Shown here piece after piece: positions 1 to 9,664 of a stretch of 64,000 nt of DNA. Numbering within the stretch: the stretch's first letter is position 1; each line of letters opens with the position of its first letter. The notes under the pieces are model-generated. The model saw only the letters and a program-made list of their open reading frames with translations. It ran no database searches and was not told the DNA's origin. Source of the DNA: Gemmatimonadales bacterium (lineage in GTDB: Bacteria > Gemmatimonadota > Gemmatimonadetes > Gemmatimonadales > GWC2-71-9); the NCBI GenBank assembly GCA_041613315.1, contig JBFJHJ010000009.1, forward strand, positions 1-64,000, read 5' to 3'. A program made the position numbers and the translations under genes.

Positions 1-1
1 C

Positions 2-364
2 ATGCCGCTGGTGGTGGGGCGCGCCGAAGCGCTGCCGTTTCCCGCCGCGACCTTCGACACGGTGGTGAGTGGGCTGGTGTTCTGCACGGTGCCCGATCCC
101 CGGCGGGGGCTCGCGGAGGTGCGACGGGTGCTCAAGCCGGACGGCTGTCTGCGCATGCTGGAGCACGTGCGATCCACCAACCGCTTCTGGGCCAAGTGGC
201 AGGACATGATCCAACCGGTCCACACGACAATCGCCGGCGGGTGCCACGCGAACCGGGACACCGAGCGCACCGTGGAGGCGGAGGGGTTCGTCATCGAGCC
301 CGAGGGGCGGCGCGCCAGCGGCACGCTGCGGCGCTTCAGCGCGAGGCCCGCACCCGTGACGTGA
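2..364 (+). CDS. Class I SAM-dependent methyltransferase, 5'-truncated by window edge
   Basis: AEALPFPAATFDTVV and LAEVRRVLKPDG are Methyltransf_11-type motifs. Confidence 0.85.
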   Translation: MPLVVGRAEALPFPAATFDTVVSGLVFCTVPDPRRGLAEVRRVLKPDGCLRMLEHVRSTNRFWAKWQDMIQPVHTTIAGGCHANRDTERTVEAEGFVIEPEGRRASGTLRRFSARPAPVT

Positions 365-402
365 GGCGCCCTTGGGGCCCGGACCCGCCGCCGCAACCCC
401 CC

Positions 403-429
403 GAAACTTTCCCGTTCCCCCGCCCGTAA
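403..429 (+). promoter_or_regulatory. Putative ECF-sigma promoter of the ABC exporter operon
   Basis: GAAAC (403-407) N17 CGTAA (425-429), resembling the SigW-type TGAAAC-N16/17-CGTA; 13 nt before the ATG. Confidence 0.45.
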
Positions 430-442
430 GACTCCCAGCACT

Positions 443-1687
443 ATGGACATCCCTCGCGAACCGCGAAAGCGGCGGAAACCCCTGGTCTACGGTGGTGCCG
501 CGCTGGCGGCCGTCGTCCTCGTGACGGCGGCCCTGGCGGGGCTCGAGCCCGCAGCTCCCACCGTGGACCGCCAGAGCGTGTTCACCGACCTGGTGCGGCG
601 CGGGACCATGCTCCGGCAGGTACGGGGGCCCGGCACCCTCGTCCCCGAGCAGATCCGCTGGGTGCCGGCCGTGACGGCCGGACGGGTCGAGCGGAAGCTG
701 GTGCTCCCCGGCACGTCCGTCGAGCCAGGTACGGTGCTTCTCGAGCTCTCCAATCCCGACGTGCGGCTCGAGTTGCTGGAAGCGGAGCGGCAGCTCTCGG
801 CGGCCCGCGCGGAGTTGGCGAGCCTGCGAACGACCCTCGAGACGCAGCGGCTCAACCAAGAGGGGACGGTCGCGACCGTACGCGCCCAGTACCTCGGGGC
901 GAAGCGTACCGCAGCCGCCTCGGCGGAGCTGATGCGCCGCGAACTCATCTCCGCCGCGGAGGCCGAGACCGGGCGGGAGCGGGCGGAGGAACTGGCGATC
1001 CGGCTCCAGGTGGAGGAGAAGCGGCTCGCCATCTACACCGGCGCCGTCGAACCGCAGCTCGCGGTGCAGCGGTCCCAGGTGGAGCACCTGGAGAACATCG
1101 TGCGGTTCCACCGCGACCGTGTGGCCGCGATGCGCGTGGTCGCGGGCACCCGGGGTGTGCTCCAGGACCTCGCGCTCGAGGAAGGGCAGTGGGTGCTCCC
1201 CGGTGAGACGCTCGCCAAGGTAGTGCAGCCCGAGCGCCTGAAAGCGGTCCTCAGGATCCCCGAGACGCAGGCCCGGGACGTGACGCTCGGGCAGCGCGTG
1301 CTGGTGGACACCCGCACCGACACGATCCTGGGTCGGGTGATGCGCATCGATCCGGCGGCGACCGGGGGCACGGTGGGGGTGGACGTGGCGCTCGAGGGGG
1401 CGCTGCCGCCGGGCGCGCGGCCGGACTTGAGCGTGGATGGGACGATCGAGATCGACCGATTGGACGATGCTCTGTACGTGGGCCGACCGGCGTACGGGCA
1501 GGCCAACGCGACGGTGGGGCTGTTCCGTCTCGCGGCCGATGGAAACTCCGCCGAGCGGATCCCCGTACGACTCGGTCGAGGCTCGGTGAACGCCATCGAG
1601 ATCCTGGGCGGGCTGGTGGAAGGGGATGTGGTGATCTTGTCGGACATGTCGCAGTGGGATGGGCACGAGCGGGTGCGGATTCGGTAG
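443..1687 (+). CDS. Periplasmic adaptor (membrane fusion protein, HlyD/MacA family)
   Basis: N-terminal membrane anchor, lipoyl-like halves (GRVERKLVLPG, GQWVLPGETL) around a coiled coil; precedes ABC genes. Confidence 0.9.
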   Translation: MDIPREPRKRRKPLVYGGAALAAVVLVTAALAGLEPAAPTVDRQSVFTDLVRRGTMLRQVRGPGTLVPEQIRWVPAVTAGRVERKLVLPGTSVEPGTVLLELSNPDVRLELLEAERQLSAARAELASLRTTLETQRLNQEGTVATVRAQYLGAKRTAAASAELMRRELISAAEAETGRERAEELAIRLQVEEKRLAIYTGAVEPQLAVQRSQVEHLENIVRFHRDRVAAMRVVAGTRGVLQDLALEEGQWVLPGETLAKVVQPERLKAVLRIPETQARDVTLGQRVLVDTRTDTILGRVMRIDPAATGGTVGVDVALEGALPPGARPDLSVDGTIEIDRLDDALYVGRPAYGQANATVGLFRLAADGNSAERIPVRLGRGSVNAIEILGGLVEGDVVILSDMSQWDGHERVRIR

Positions 1688-1693
1688 CTCGAG

Positions 1694-1799
1694 CCGTTCT
1701 CCGTCATCGGTGGTGTGGCTGTGCGGCCGTACCGCGCGCCGTGGTGCGCGGTTCGACGATACCCGCGTGTTACGGATGACGGACAACGGATGACGGCAA
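1694..1799. repeat. Heptamer tandem repeat (ACGGATG-like) with inverted partner
   Basis: ACGGATG ACGGACA ACGGATG ACGGCAA at 1772-1799; near-complementary CCGTTCTCCGTCATCGG at 1694-1710. Confidence 0.7.
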
Positions 1800-1818
1800 C
1801 GTTCTCAATGGAGCCTCC

Positions 1819-2553
1819 ATGGCATCGACGAATAGCACGCTGATCAAGCTGGAGGGCGTGAAGAAGGTCTTCTATACCGACGAGGTGGAGACGCACGCGT
1901 TGGCGGATGTGCACTTGGAGGTTCGCCAGGGGGAGTATGTGGCGATCGCGGGGCCGTCGGGGTGCGGGAAGACCACGCTGTTGTCGATTCTGGGGTTGCT
2001 GGACACGCCGACGGCGGGGGCGTACACGCTGGCCGGCGAGCCGGTGGCGCAGTTGACGCCGGGGCAGCGAGCGTACGTTCGGAACCGGCAGATCGGGTTC
2101 ATCTTTCAGGCGTTCAACCTGATTGGCGACTTGACGGTGTATGAGAACGTGGAGTTGCCATTGACGTATCGGCGGTTGCCGGGGGCGGAGCGGCGGCGGC
2201 GGGTGGAGGAGGCGCTGGAGCGGGTGGGGATGACGCATCGGACGAAGCACTACCCGTCGCAGTTGTCGGGGGGCCAGCAGCAGCGGGTGGCGGTGGCGCG
2301 GGCGATCGGGGGGGCGCCGGCGATCTTGTTGGCGGACGAGCCGACGGGGAATCTCGATTCGACGAACGGGGAAGCAGTGATGCGACTGTTGGACGAGTTG
2401 CATCGCGACGGCTCGACGATCTGCATGGTGACGCACGACCCGCGCTACGCGGAGCACGCCGCCCGCACCCTCCATCTGTTCGACGGCCAGATCGTTCGAG
2501 ACGAAAACGGCCGCGCGGCAGAGCTCGAGACCCATGGGTTTGCCGTCAGCTGA
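1819..2553 (+). CDS. ABC transporter ATP-binding protein (MacB/LolD-like)
   Basis: Walker A GPSGCGKT, LSGGQQQR signature, ILLADEPTGNLD, H-loop VTHD. Confidence 0.95.
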   Translation: MASTNSTLIKLEGVKKVFYTDEVETHALADVHLEVRQGEYVAIAGPSGCGKTTLLSILGLLDTPTAGAYTLAGEPVAQLTPGQRAYVRNRQIGFIFQAFNLIGDLTVYENVELPLTYRRLPGAERRRRVEEALERVGMTHRTKHYPSQLSGGQQQRVAVARAIGGAPAILLADEPTGNLDSTNGEAVMRLLDELHRDGSTICMVTHDPRYAEHAARTLHLFDGQIVRDENGRAAELETHGFAVS

Positions 2554-2554
2554 A

Positions 2555-2604
2555 CGTCATCCGCCTTGCGTTTCCCGTCGTCCGTACCGATCACGGATGA
2601 CGGA
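2555..2604. repeat. Palindrome built from the same ACGGATG heptamer
   Basis: CGTCATCCG 2555-2563; stem CCGTCGTCCGT (2575-2585) / ACGGATGACGG (2593-2603). Confidence 0.65.
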
Positions 2605-2632
2605 GATCCGATAACACGCGTCGGAGCGCCAC

Positions 2633-5059
2633 ATGGACTCACTGCTCGCCGACCTGAAGTACAGCGTTCGCACTCTGCTCAAGAGCCCCGGATACACCGC
2701 GCTCTCCGTGCTCGCGCTCACTCTCGGCATCGGGCTCACCACGACGATGTTCAGCATCGTGTACGGGGCGCTCTACCGGGGGCTGCCGTTTGCGGAGCCC
2801 GAGCGGATCCTGCACCTGGAGCGCAACAACCTCGCTCAAGACATCCAGAGCATGGGCGTGCCGGTCCACGACTACGTCGACTGGCGGAGCCAGCAGAGCG
2901 CGTTCGAGGACATCGCCGCGTTCTACCAGGGGACGGTGAACATCAGCGGGGCGGAGGGCCGCGCGGAGCGCTTCGACGGCGGGTTCATGACGGCGAACGC
3001 GTTCGACGTGCTGGGCGTGCGCCCGATGTTGGGCCGCAGTTTCCGCGAAGGTGAAGACCGCCCGCAGGCCCCGATGGTGGTGCTGCTCGGCCACACCGTC
3101 TGGCGCGATCGCTATCAGGGCGATCCCAACGCGGTGGGACGGACCATCCGCGCGAACGGCGAGACAGCCGAGATCATCGGCGTGATGCCCGAGGGGTTCA
3201 GATTTCCGATGAACGAGGACCTCTGGGTCCCGATGCGGCAGGATCCGTTGGCGCTCCCCCGCGGCGAGGGGACCCAGTTGGAGGTCTTCGGTCGCCTGAA
3301 GCACGGTGTCTCGACCGACCAGGCGGCCGCGGAGTACGCGACCATCGCGCGGCGTCTCGCGCAGGAATACCCCGAGACCAACGATGGCGTGGGCGTCGTG
3401 CTGCAGCCGTACACCGAAGAGTTCATCGGGCAGGAGCCGATCGCGCTGCTGTGGACCATGCTTGCGGCCGTCTTCCTGGTGCTGCTCATCGCGTGCGCCA
3501 ACGTGGCCAACCTCCTCCTCGCGCGCGCGACCGTTCGGAGCAAGGAGGTCGCGGTGCGCACCGCGCTGGGAGCCTCCCGGTTCCGGGTGGTGCGGCAGTT
3601 TCTCTCCGAGACGCTGGTGCTCTCGGTGATCGGTGGCGCGCTCGGCGTCGGGCTCGCCTGGGTGGGGGTTCGGATGTTCAACAACGCCATCGTGTCCACC
3701 CAGCCCCCGTTCTGGATCGATATCAAGATCGACGCGGTGGCGATCGCCTTCGTCCTGGCCCTGGCGCTCACCGCGACGGTCCTCTCGGGCATCCTCCCGG
3801 CGCTACGGGCGTCCGGCGCAAACGTGCATGAGATCCTCAAGGACGAGTCGCGCGGAACGTCGAGCCTCCGGCTGGGCAAGCTGACCAAGGGGCTGGTCGT
3901 GATGGAGATTGCGCTGTCCTGCGGGCTCCTGGTCGGCGCCGGACTCATGATCAAGAGCGTCGTGCAGCTCCGTACCATCGACCTGGGGTTCGCGACGGAC
4001 GACGTGTTCACGGCTCGTCTCGGGCTGTTTCCGGCCACGTACCCCGACACGGTCAGCCGGCTGCAGTTCTTCGACGAGCTGCGCGGGCGGTTGGGCACCC
4101 TGCCGGGCGTTCGGGGAGCGGCCCTCACCACGAACCTGCCGGGACTGGGCACCGGCCGATGGAGCTTTGCGATCGAGGGGACGCCCTACGCCACCGACCA
4201 GGACTACCCGCGGGCGCGCGTGGCGGTGATCACACCGGGGTTCTTCGAGACGTTCGGTGTCGCGGTCGGCGAGGGGCGCGACTTCGGCGCCCAGGATATC
4301 CGGGGAAGCCTCCCCGTGACGATCGTCAACGCGAGTTTCGCGCGGAAGTTCTTTCCCAACGAGAGCCCGATCGGGCGGCGGATCCGGCAGGGGCGCGCCG
4401 ACAGCCGGCTGCCCTGGCTGACTATCGTCGGCATCGCCCCCGACATGCACATGTACGGCCTCGGCAACGACGAGCGCGACCAGGAGGGATTCTATCTGCC
4501 GCTGGGCCAAGCCGACGCGCAGTTCATCAGTATCGCCGTGCGGGGACCGCGTGACCCGATGGCGCTGGCGCCGATCGTGCGGGATGGGGTGTTCGCGATG
4601 GACAACGATCTGCCGCTGTACTGGGTGCGGACGCTGTCACAAGGCATCGCCGAGAGCACGTGGTTCTACCGGGTCTTCGGCACCCTGTTCATGATCTTCG
4701 GCTTCACCGCGCTGTTCCTGGGTGGCGTGGGTCTCTATGGTGTCATGGCGTTCTCCGTGAGTCGCCGAACGCAGGAGGTCGGCGTGCGCATGGCCCTGGG
4801 CGCCCAGACGGGAGACGTCCTGCGGCTCGTGCTCCGGCAGGGGCTGTTTCAGCTCGGGGTCGGACTGTTCCTCGGCCTCGCCCTGGCCGCCGGGCTGTCG
4901 CACTTGCTTCGGATCATCCTGTTTCAGGTGGAGCCCCGCGACCCGGTGATCTTCGCGACCATCGCCCTGGTGCTGTTTGCGATCGGGATGCTGGCGTCGT
5001 ATTTCCCCGCGCGTCGGGCGACGCGCGTGGACCCGGTGGCGGCGCTACGCTACGAGTAG
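2633..5059 (+). CDS. Duplicated ABC permease (ADOP / MacB_PCD-FtsX x2)
   Basis: DLKYSVRTLLKSPG N-terminus, LIACANVANLLLAR, EVGVRMALGA, C-terminal PARRATRVDPVAALRYE. Confidence 0.95.
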   Translation: MDSLLADLKYSVRTLLKSPGYTALSVLALTLGIGLTTTMFSIVYGALYRGLPFAEPERILHLERNNLAQDIQSMGVPVHDYVDWRSQQSAFEDIAAFYQGTVNISGAEGRAERFDGGFMTANAFDVLGVRPMLGRSFREGEDRPQAPMVVLLGHTVWRDRYQGDPNAVGRTIRANGETAEIIGVMPEGFRFPMNEDLWVPMRQDPLALPRGEGTQLEVFGRLKHGVSTDQAAAEYATIARRLAQEYPETNDGVGVVLQPYTEEFIGQEPIALLWTMLAAVFLVLLIACANVANLLLARATVRSKEVAVRTALGASRFRVVRQFLSETLVLSVIGGALGVGLAWVGVRMFNNAIVSTQPPFWIDIKIDAVAIAFVLALALTATVLSGILPALRASGANVHEILKDESRGTSSLRLGKLTKGLVVMEIALSCGLLVGAGLMIKSVVQLRTIDLGFATDDVFTARLGLFPATYPDTVSRLQFFDELRGRLGTLPGVRGAALTTNLPGLGTGRWSFAIEGTPYATDQDYPRARVAVITPGFFETFGVAVGEGRDFGAQDIRGSLPVTIVNASFARKFFPNESPIGRRIRQGRADSRLPWLTIVGIAPDMHMYGLGNDERDQEGFYLPLGQADAQFISIAVRGPRDPMALAPIVRDGVFAMDNDLPLYWVRTLSQGIAESTWFYRVFGTLFMIFGFTALFLGGVGLYGVMAFSVSRRTQEVGVRMALGAQTGDVLRLVLRQGLFQLGVGLFLGLALAAGLSHLLRIILFQVEPRDPVIFATIALVLFAIGMLASYFPARRATRVDPVAALRYE

Positions 5060-5070
5060 GGCGGACAGAC

Positions 5071-5183
5071 GATAGGGCGGAAAGGCGGAAAGGCGGTAAG
5101 TGGTAAGGTGGCACGACGGTAAGGCAGGAGGTGCGGACCGACCTGCCTTTCCGCCGTACCCGCTTACCGTCTTTCCGCCTATC
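5071..5183. repeat. Long imperfect inverted repeat made of octamers GGCGG(A/T)AA
   Basis: GGCGGAAA GGCGGAAA GGCGGTAA left arm; right arm CCTGCCTTTCCGCC...CTTACCGTCTTTCCGCCTATC. Confidence 0.7.
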
Positions 5184-5190
5184 TTGTGTC

Positions 5191-6180
5191 GTGATCATCG
5201 AGCACCTTCGTGGCGACATCGTCGAATCGCGACACCGCGTCTCGATCGCCGTCGCCGATGCCGACGGCCGGCTCGTCGCCCACGCCGGCGATCCGCACCT
5301 CGTCACATTCATGCGCTCGGCGGCGAAGCCGTTTCAGGCCGTTCCGCTGGTCGCCGACGGTGTCGTGAGTCGCTACGCGATCACCAGCGAAGAGCTCGCG
5401 CTCGCTTGCGCGTCCCATAACTCGGAGCGCCGCCAGGTAGAGGTCGTGCGCCAGTTGCTCAGCCGCGTCGGGTGCGCCGAAGCCGACCTGGCCTGCGGCC
5501 CCCACCAGTCCTTGATGGGTGAACTCGCCTTCGGCGATCACCGCGCCGTCGGTGTCGAGATTGCGCCGCCGTCACCCGTGGCGAGCAACTGCTCGGGCAA
5601 GCACGTAGGCATGCTGGCGCTCGCGCGCCACCACGACTGGACGATCGCGCGCTACCAGATGTCGGGGCATCCGGTGCAACAGCGGGTGAAGGCTGCCCTG
5701 GCGCACTACACGGGCCTGCCCGCAGACGCCATCGGCGAAGGCGTGGACGGCTGTGGGGTCGTCTCGTTTGCCCTCCCCCTTTCCGCGATGGCCCGGGGCG
5801 CCGCGCGGCTCGTTGACCCTGCGGACGAGGTTGCCTGCGCCGTCGTGGATGCCATGCTGACCCACCCGGACCTCGTGGCCGGGTACGGACGTTTCTGCAC
5901 GCAGCTCATGCAGACCTACGCGCACCGCGTGCTGGCGAAAGTGGGAGCGGAGGGCGTCTACGTGGCGGCACTGCGGGACCGGGGCGTCGGCATCGGGCTC
6001 AAGGTCGAAGACGGAAACGGCCGGGCCGCCGTCGTCGCCCTCGCCGGCGTGCTGGAACAGCTGGACGTCGCCCCGCCGCCCTCCACCGCGCTGCCGGCCT
6101 TCGCCTGCCTCGCGCTCACCAACACCCGGCGCGAGCAGGTGGGCGTGATGCGCGCGTCGGGAACGCTCTCGTTCGTTTAG
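5191..6180 (+). CDS. L-asparaginase II (Rhizobium AnsA type)
   Basis: RG..VES.H, RSAAKPFQ, CASH, NCSGKH, DGCG and AKVGAEG motifs; GTG at 5191 preferred over the ORF-track start. Confidence 0.9.
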   Translation: MIIEHLRGDIVESRHRVSIAVADADGRLVAHAGDPHLVTFMRSAAKPFQAVPLVADGVVSRYAITSEELALACASHNSERRQVEVVRQLLSRVGCAEADLACGPHQSLMGELAFGDHRAVGVEIAPPSPVASNCSGKHVGMLALARHHDWTIARYQMSGHPVQQRVKAALAHYTGLPADAIGEGVDGCGVVSFALPLSAMARGAARLVDPADEVACAVVDAMLTHPDLVAGYGRFCTQLMQTYAHRVLAKVGAEGVYVAALRDRGVGIGLKVEDGNGRAAVVALAGVLEQLDVAPPPSTALPAFACLALTNTRREQVGVMRASGTLSFV

Positions 6181-6357
6181 GCCCCTCGGCGCGGCGGATT
6201 GGTGATGCTAAGGAGGGCCGGGAGCGTGATCTTTGCGGTGGTATGACCACACGACACGAGTCGATCGCGACCGGGAGGGACGGCGCCCGACGTCCCGCGG
6301 CGCTCTCAGGCCGTCGGTCGTGACCCGCGCGCCGACCGGACGTTGGCCGCGCACGCC

Positions 6358-7380
6358 ATGACCACGTTCATCGATCAGGTCACGATCCGCGTCACCGCCG
6401 GCACCGGCGGCTCCGGGTGCACGTCGTTCCGCCGGGAAACGTTCGTGCCCAAGGGCGGCCCCGACGGCGGCGACGGCGGGCGGGGCGGCAGCATCTACGT
6501 GCGCGGCGATCCCCACCTGACGACCCTCCTGGACTATCGCTACAAGAACCACTGGAAGGCGGACCGGGGGCAGCACGGCAAGGGCTCCAATCAGACCGGG
6601 AAGTCCGCCGACGACGTGTACCTCCCCGTCCCGCTGGGCACTTCGGTGAAGGATGCCGAGACGGGCGACGTGTTGGGCGAAGTGACGAGAGCCGGCGAGG
6701 TGCTGCTCGTCGCGGGTGGGGGGCGCGGCGGGCGGGGCAACGCCCGCTTCGCCACGCCGACGCATCAGGCGCCCCGCGAGTGGGAGCCCGGCGAAGAAGG
6801 CGAGACGCGCAGCATCGAGCTCGAGCTCAAGCTCATCGCCGACGTCGGACTCGTCGGCCAGCCGAACGCCGGCAAGAGCACGCTGCTGTCCGTGCTCTCG
6901 GCAGCCCGCCCGAAGATCGCCGACTACCCGTTCACGACACTCCAGCCCAATCTGGGCGTCGTGGGATCGGCGGGTGGCCGCTCGTTCGTCCTGGCGGACA
7001 TCCCCGGGCTGATCGAGGGGGCGCATGACGGCAAGGGCCTGGGCGACCGCTTTCTCCGGCATATCGAGCGCACGCGGGTGCTCGCGTACCTCGTGGCGCT
7101 CGACGCGGGCGATCCCGAGACGCAGTATCGCGCGCTCCGTCGGGAGCTCGCGCTCTACGATGCCGCGCTCGCCGCGAAGCCGCACCTGGTGGTGATCACG
7201 AAAACCGACCTCCTCGAGCCGGATGCGCCCGCGCCGTCGGTAGACGCCCCCGATGCCATGGGCGTCGTGGCGATCTCGGCCGTGGCCCAGCGGGGGCTCG
7301 ACCCGCTGACGGCCGCGCTGTGGCGACTGCTCGAGCGGGCAGGGGGCGTGGACGACCCGAAGCCGTCGCCCCTCCCCTGA
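6358..7380 (+). CDS. obgE: GTPase Obg/CgtA
   Basis: FIDQV, Gly-rich [40 protein letters not shown]. Confidence 0.97.
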   Translation: MTTFIDQVTIRVTAGTGGSGCTSFRRETFVPKGGPDGGDGGRGGSIYVRGDPHLTTLLDYRYKNHWKADRGQHGKGSNQTGKSADDVYLPVPLGTSVKDAETGDVLGEVTRAGEVLLVAGGGRGGRGNARFATPTHQAPREWEPGEEGETRSIELELKLIADVGLVGQPNAGKSTLLSVLSAARPKIADYPFTTLQPNLGVVGSAGGRSFVLADIPGLIEGAHDGKGLGDRFLRHIERTRVLAYLVALDAGDPETQYRALRRELALYDAALAAKPHLVVITKTDLLEPDAPAPSVDAPDAMGVVAISAVAQRGLDPLTAALWRLLERAGGVDDPKPSPLP

Positions 7381-7382
7381 GC

Positions 7383-8474
7383 GTGGCCGACCCCGCGTAC
7401 ATCGCTCTCGCGCTCGTCCCAGGGATCGGTCGAGTGCGGCTCGAGACGCTCCTGTCCGTGTTCGACTCGGCCGAGGACGTGCTCGCCGCACCGCCGGACC
7501 GAGTCGCGGCCGTGCCCGGCATGACGCCGGCCGTCGCGGCCAATGTGGCGCAGGCGTCGCCGGCCCGGGGCGCAGAGATCGTCGAGCGGACCGAGACCTT
7601 GGGCGCGAGCGTGCTGGTGCCCGCCGACCCCGCATTTCCCACCGCCCTCACGACCATTCCAGACGCTCCGACCCTCTTGTTCGCGCGCGGCCAGATCGAT
7701 CTCCTCGTGCGTGATGCCGTCGCGATCGTGGGAAGCCGCTCCCACACGCGCTACGGCGCCGACGCGTGCCGGTTCTTCGCCGCGGGCCTTGCGCGCCGGG
7801 GACTCGCCGTCGTGAGCGGCATGGCGCGGGGCCTCGACGCCGTCGCCCACGCCGCCGCCCTGGACGCGGGAGGCGCCAGCGTGGGCGTGCTCGGCCATGG
7901 CCTGGGCGTGGTGTATCCTCTGTCCAACCACGCGCTGTTCGAGCGGATGGAACGCGACGGCTGCCTCCTCACCGAGTTCCCGCCACACGAGCGCCCCAAG
8001 CCCGGGAGCTTCCCTCGGCGCAACCGCCTCATCAGCGGCCTCGCCCGCCTCACACTCGTGGTGGAGGCGCGTGAGAAATCCGGGGCACTCATAACGGTGG
8101 ACCGCGCGTTGGCGCAGGGCAGGGACGTCCTGGCCGTGCCGGGCCCGATCACGAGTCCGATGTCCGCTGGCTGTAACCGGCTGATCCAGCAGGGGGCCAA
8201 ATCGGCGTTGGGGCTCAGAGACGTGCTCGAGGAGTACGGCCTGGCGGACGATGCCGTCGCCGCCGCGCGGCTCCCCACCGATCTCTTGGAAGCGGAACGG
8301 CGCGTGCTCGACCTGCTCGACACCGATGCGGCCCACGTGGACGACGTCGCCCGGCGTCTCGGCGCGCCGCCCGCGGACGCGCTGGCCGTGCTGACGTCGC
8401 TGGAGATCCGCGGGTTGGTCGTGCAGGAGCCCGGGAAGCGGTTTCGCCGGGTGGTCGAGCTGGTCGCGCGATAG
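7383..8474 (+). CDS. dprA: DNA-processing protein DprA
   Basis: VAIVGSR, VSGMARGLD, FPRRNRLISGL, EAREKSGALIT, C-terminal winged helix; start approximate. Confidence 0.95.
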   Translation: MADPAYIALALVPGIGRVRLETLLSVFDSAEDVLAAPPDRVAAVPGMTPAVAANVAQASPARGAEIVERTETLGASVLVPADPAFPTALTTIPDAPTLLFARGQIDLLVRDAVAIVGSRSHTRYGADACRFFAAGLARRGLAVVSGMARGLDAVAHAAALDAGGASVGVLGHGLGVVYPLSNHALFERMERDGCLLTEFPPHERPKPGSFPRRNRLISGLARLTLVVEAREKSGALITVDRALAQGRDVLAVPGPITSPMSAGCNRLIQQGAKSALGLRDVLEEYGLADDAVAAARLPTDLLEAERRVLDLLDTDAAHVDDVARRLGAPPADALAVLTSLEIRGLVVQEPGKRFRRVVELVAR

Positions 8475-8509
8475 CCGGCGGCTGAAGAATCCCCCTATCT
8501 TTCGCCAAC

Positions 8510-9664
8510 ATGCGCCACCTCTATCTCCACGTCCCGTTCTGTGCGCGCCGCTGCGTCTACTGCGACTTCGCGATCGCGGTCCGCGCGCGCGTTCCCGCCG
8601 ATCAGTTCGTGGCGGCGGTGGGGCGCGAACACGCGACGCGACGTGCCCGCGATCAGTGGGACCGCACGCCGCTGGAAACGCTCTACCTCGGCGGCGGGAC
8701 GCCGTCGCTCCTTCCGGCCCCGCAGGTGGCCGGGCTCGTGGGCGACCTGCTGACGGCGGAGCGGCCAGGCGGCAAGGATCTCGAGGTGACGATCGAGGCG
8801 AATCCGGACGACGTCACACCCGACGCGGCGACCACGTGGGTCCGCGCGGGCGTGAACCGCGTGTCGCTGGGGGTGCAGTCCTTCGACGCAGGTGTGCTGG
8901 CGTGGATGCACCGGACCCACGGACCGGGGGCCGCGGAGTCGGCCGTCGCGCGGCTCCGCGACGCCGGCGCCCGGTCGATCTCGCTCGACCTCATCTTCGC
9001 GCTCCCCGCGCACCTCGGCCGCGACTGGCCGAACGACCTGGAGCGTGCGCTGGCGCTCAACCCCGAGCATCTCTCGGTCTACGGCCTCACGGTCGAGCCA
9101 CGGACCCCCCTCGCACGGTGGGTCGGCGCCGGCAGCGTACGCCCGGCGGACGAGGACCGCTACGCCGACGAGTTCCTGTTGGCCGACCGCGTGCTGCGCG
9201 CGGAGGGGTACGACCACTACGAGGTCTCGAACTACGCGCGGCCCAACCACCGGGCGCGACACAACCGAGCCTACTGGACGGGCCGGGCCTATGCCGGACT
9301 CGGGCCCTCGGCGCACAGCTTCAACGGCGATGCGCGGTCGTGGAACACGGCCCAGTGGGCGGCCTACGAGCGCGCGGTGGCGGAACGCGGGGAGGCGGAA
9401 GAGGGAACGGAACGGCTCACCGAGCGGGACCGCTCGCTGGAGCGGGCCTATCTAGGCCTGCGCACCGCCGAGGGGGTCCGGCGGGACGAGCTGGCGGCCG
9501 GGGTCGAACCGTTGCTCCAACAGGGCGCAGCGCGCGGGTGGCTGGAGTGGGACGGCGAGCGGGTCCGCCTGACCCCGGAGGGGTGGCTGCGGCTGGACGA
9601 GCTGGCGGCCGGGCTCACGGGCGGATATCCTTCCGGCTTGACCACCTCGGCCGATAGTGGCTAA
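8510..9664 (+). CDS. hemW: Radical SAM heme chaperone HemW
   Basis: LYLHVPFCARRCVYCDF, GGGTPS, YEVSNY, HNRAYW; directly upstream of hrcA. Confidence 0.93.
   Translation: MRHLYLHVPFCARRCVYCDFAIAVRARVPADQFVAAVGREHATRRARDQWDRTPLETLYLGGGTPSLLPAPQVAGLVGDLLTAERPGGKDLEVTIEANPDDVTPDAATTWVRAGVNRVSLGVQSFDAGVLAWMHRTHGPGAAESAVARLRDAGARSISLDLIFALPAHLGRDWPNDLERALALNPEHLSVYGLTVEPRTPLARWVGAGSVRPADEDRYADEFLLADRVLRAEGYDHYEVSNYARPNHRARHNRAYWTGRAYAGLGPSAHSFNGDARSWNTAQWAAYERAVAERGEAEEGTERLTERDRSLERAYLGLRTAEGVRRDELAAGVEPLLQQGAARGWLEWDGERVRLTPEGWLRLDELAAGLTGGYPSGLTTSADSG

Noticed and set aside
1694..5183. CRISPR array interpretation of the intergenic repeats
   Set aside because: Units are 7-8 nt with no spacers and there are no cas genes.
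6181..6357. Glycine riboswitch (CTCTCAGG) or 26-aa uORF before obg
   Set aside because: The GGAGA and CCGAAG core elements are absent, the context is wrong, and the uORF has no support.
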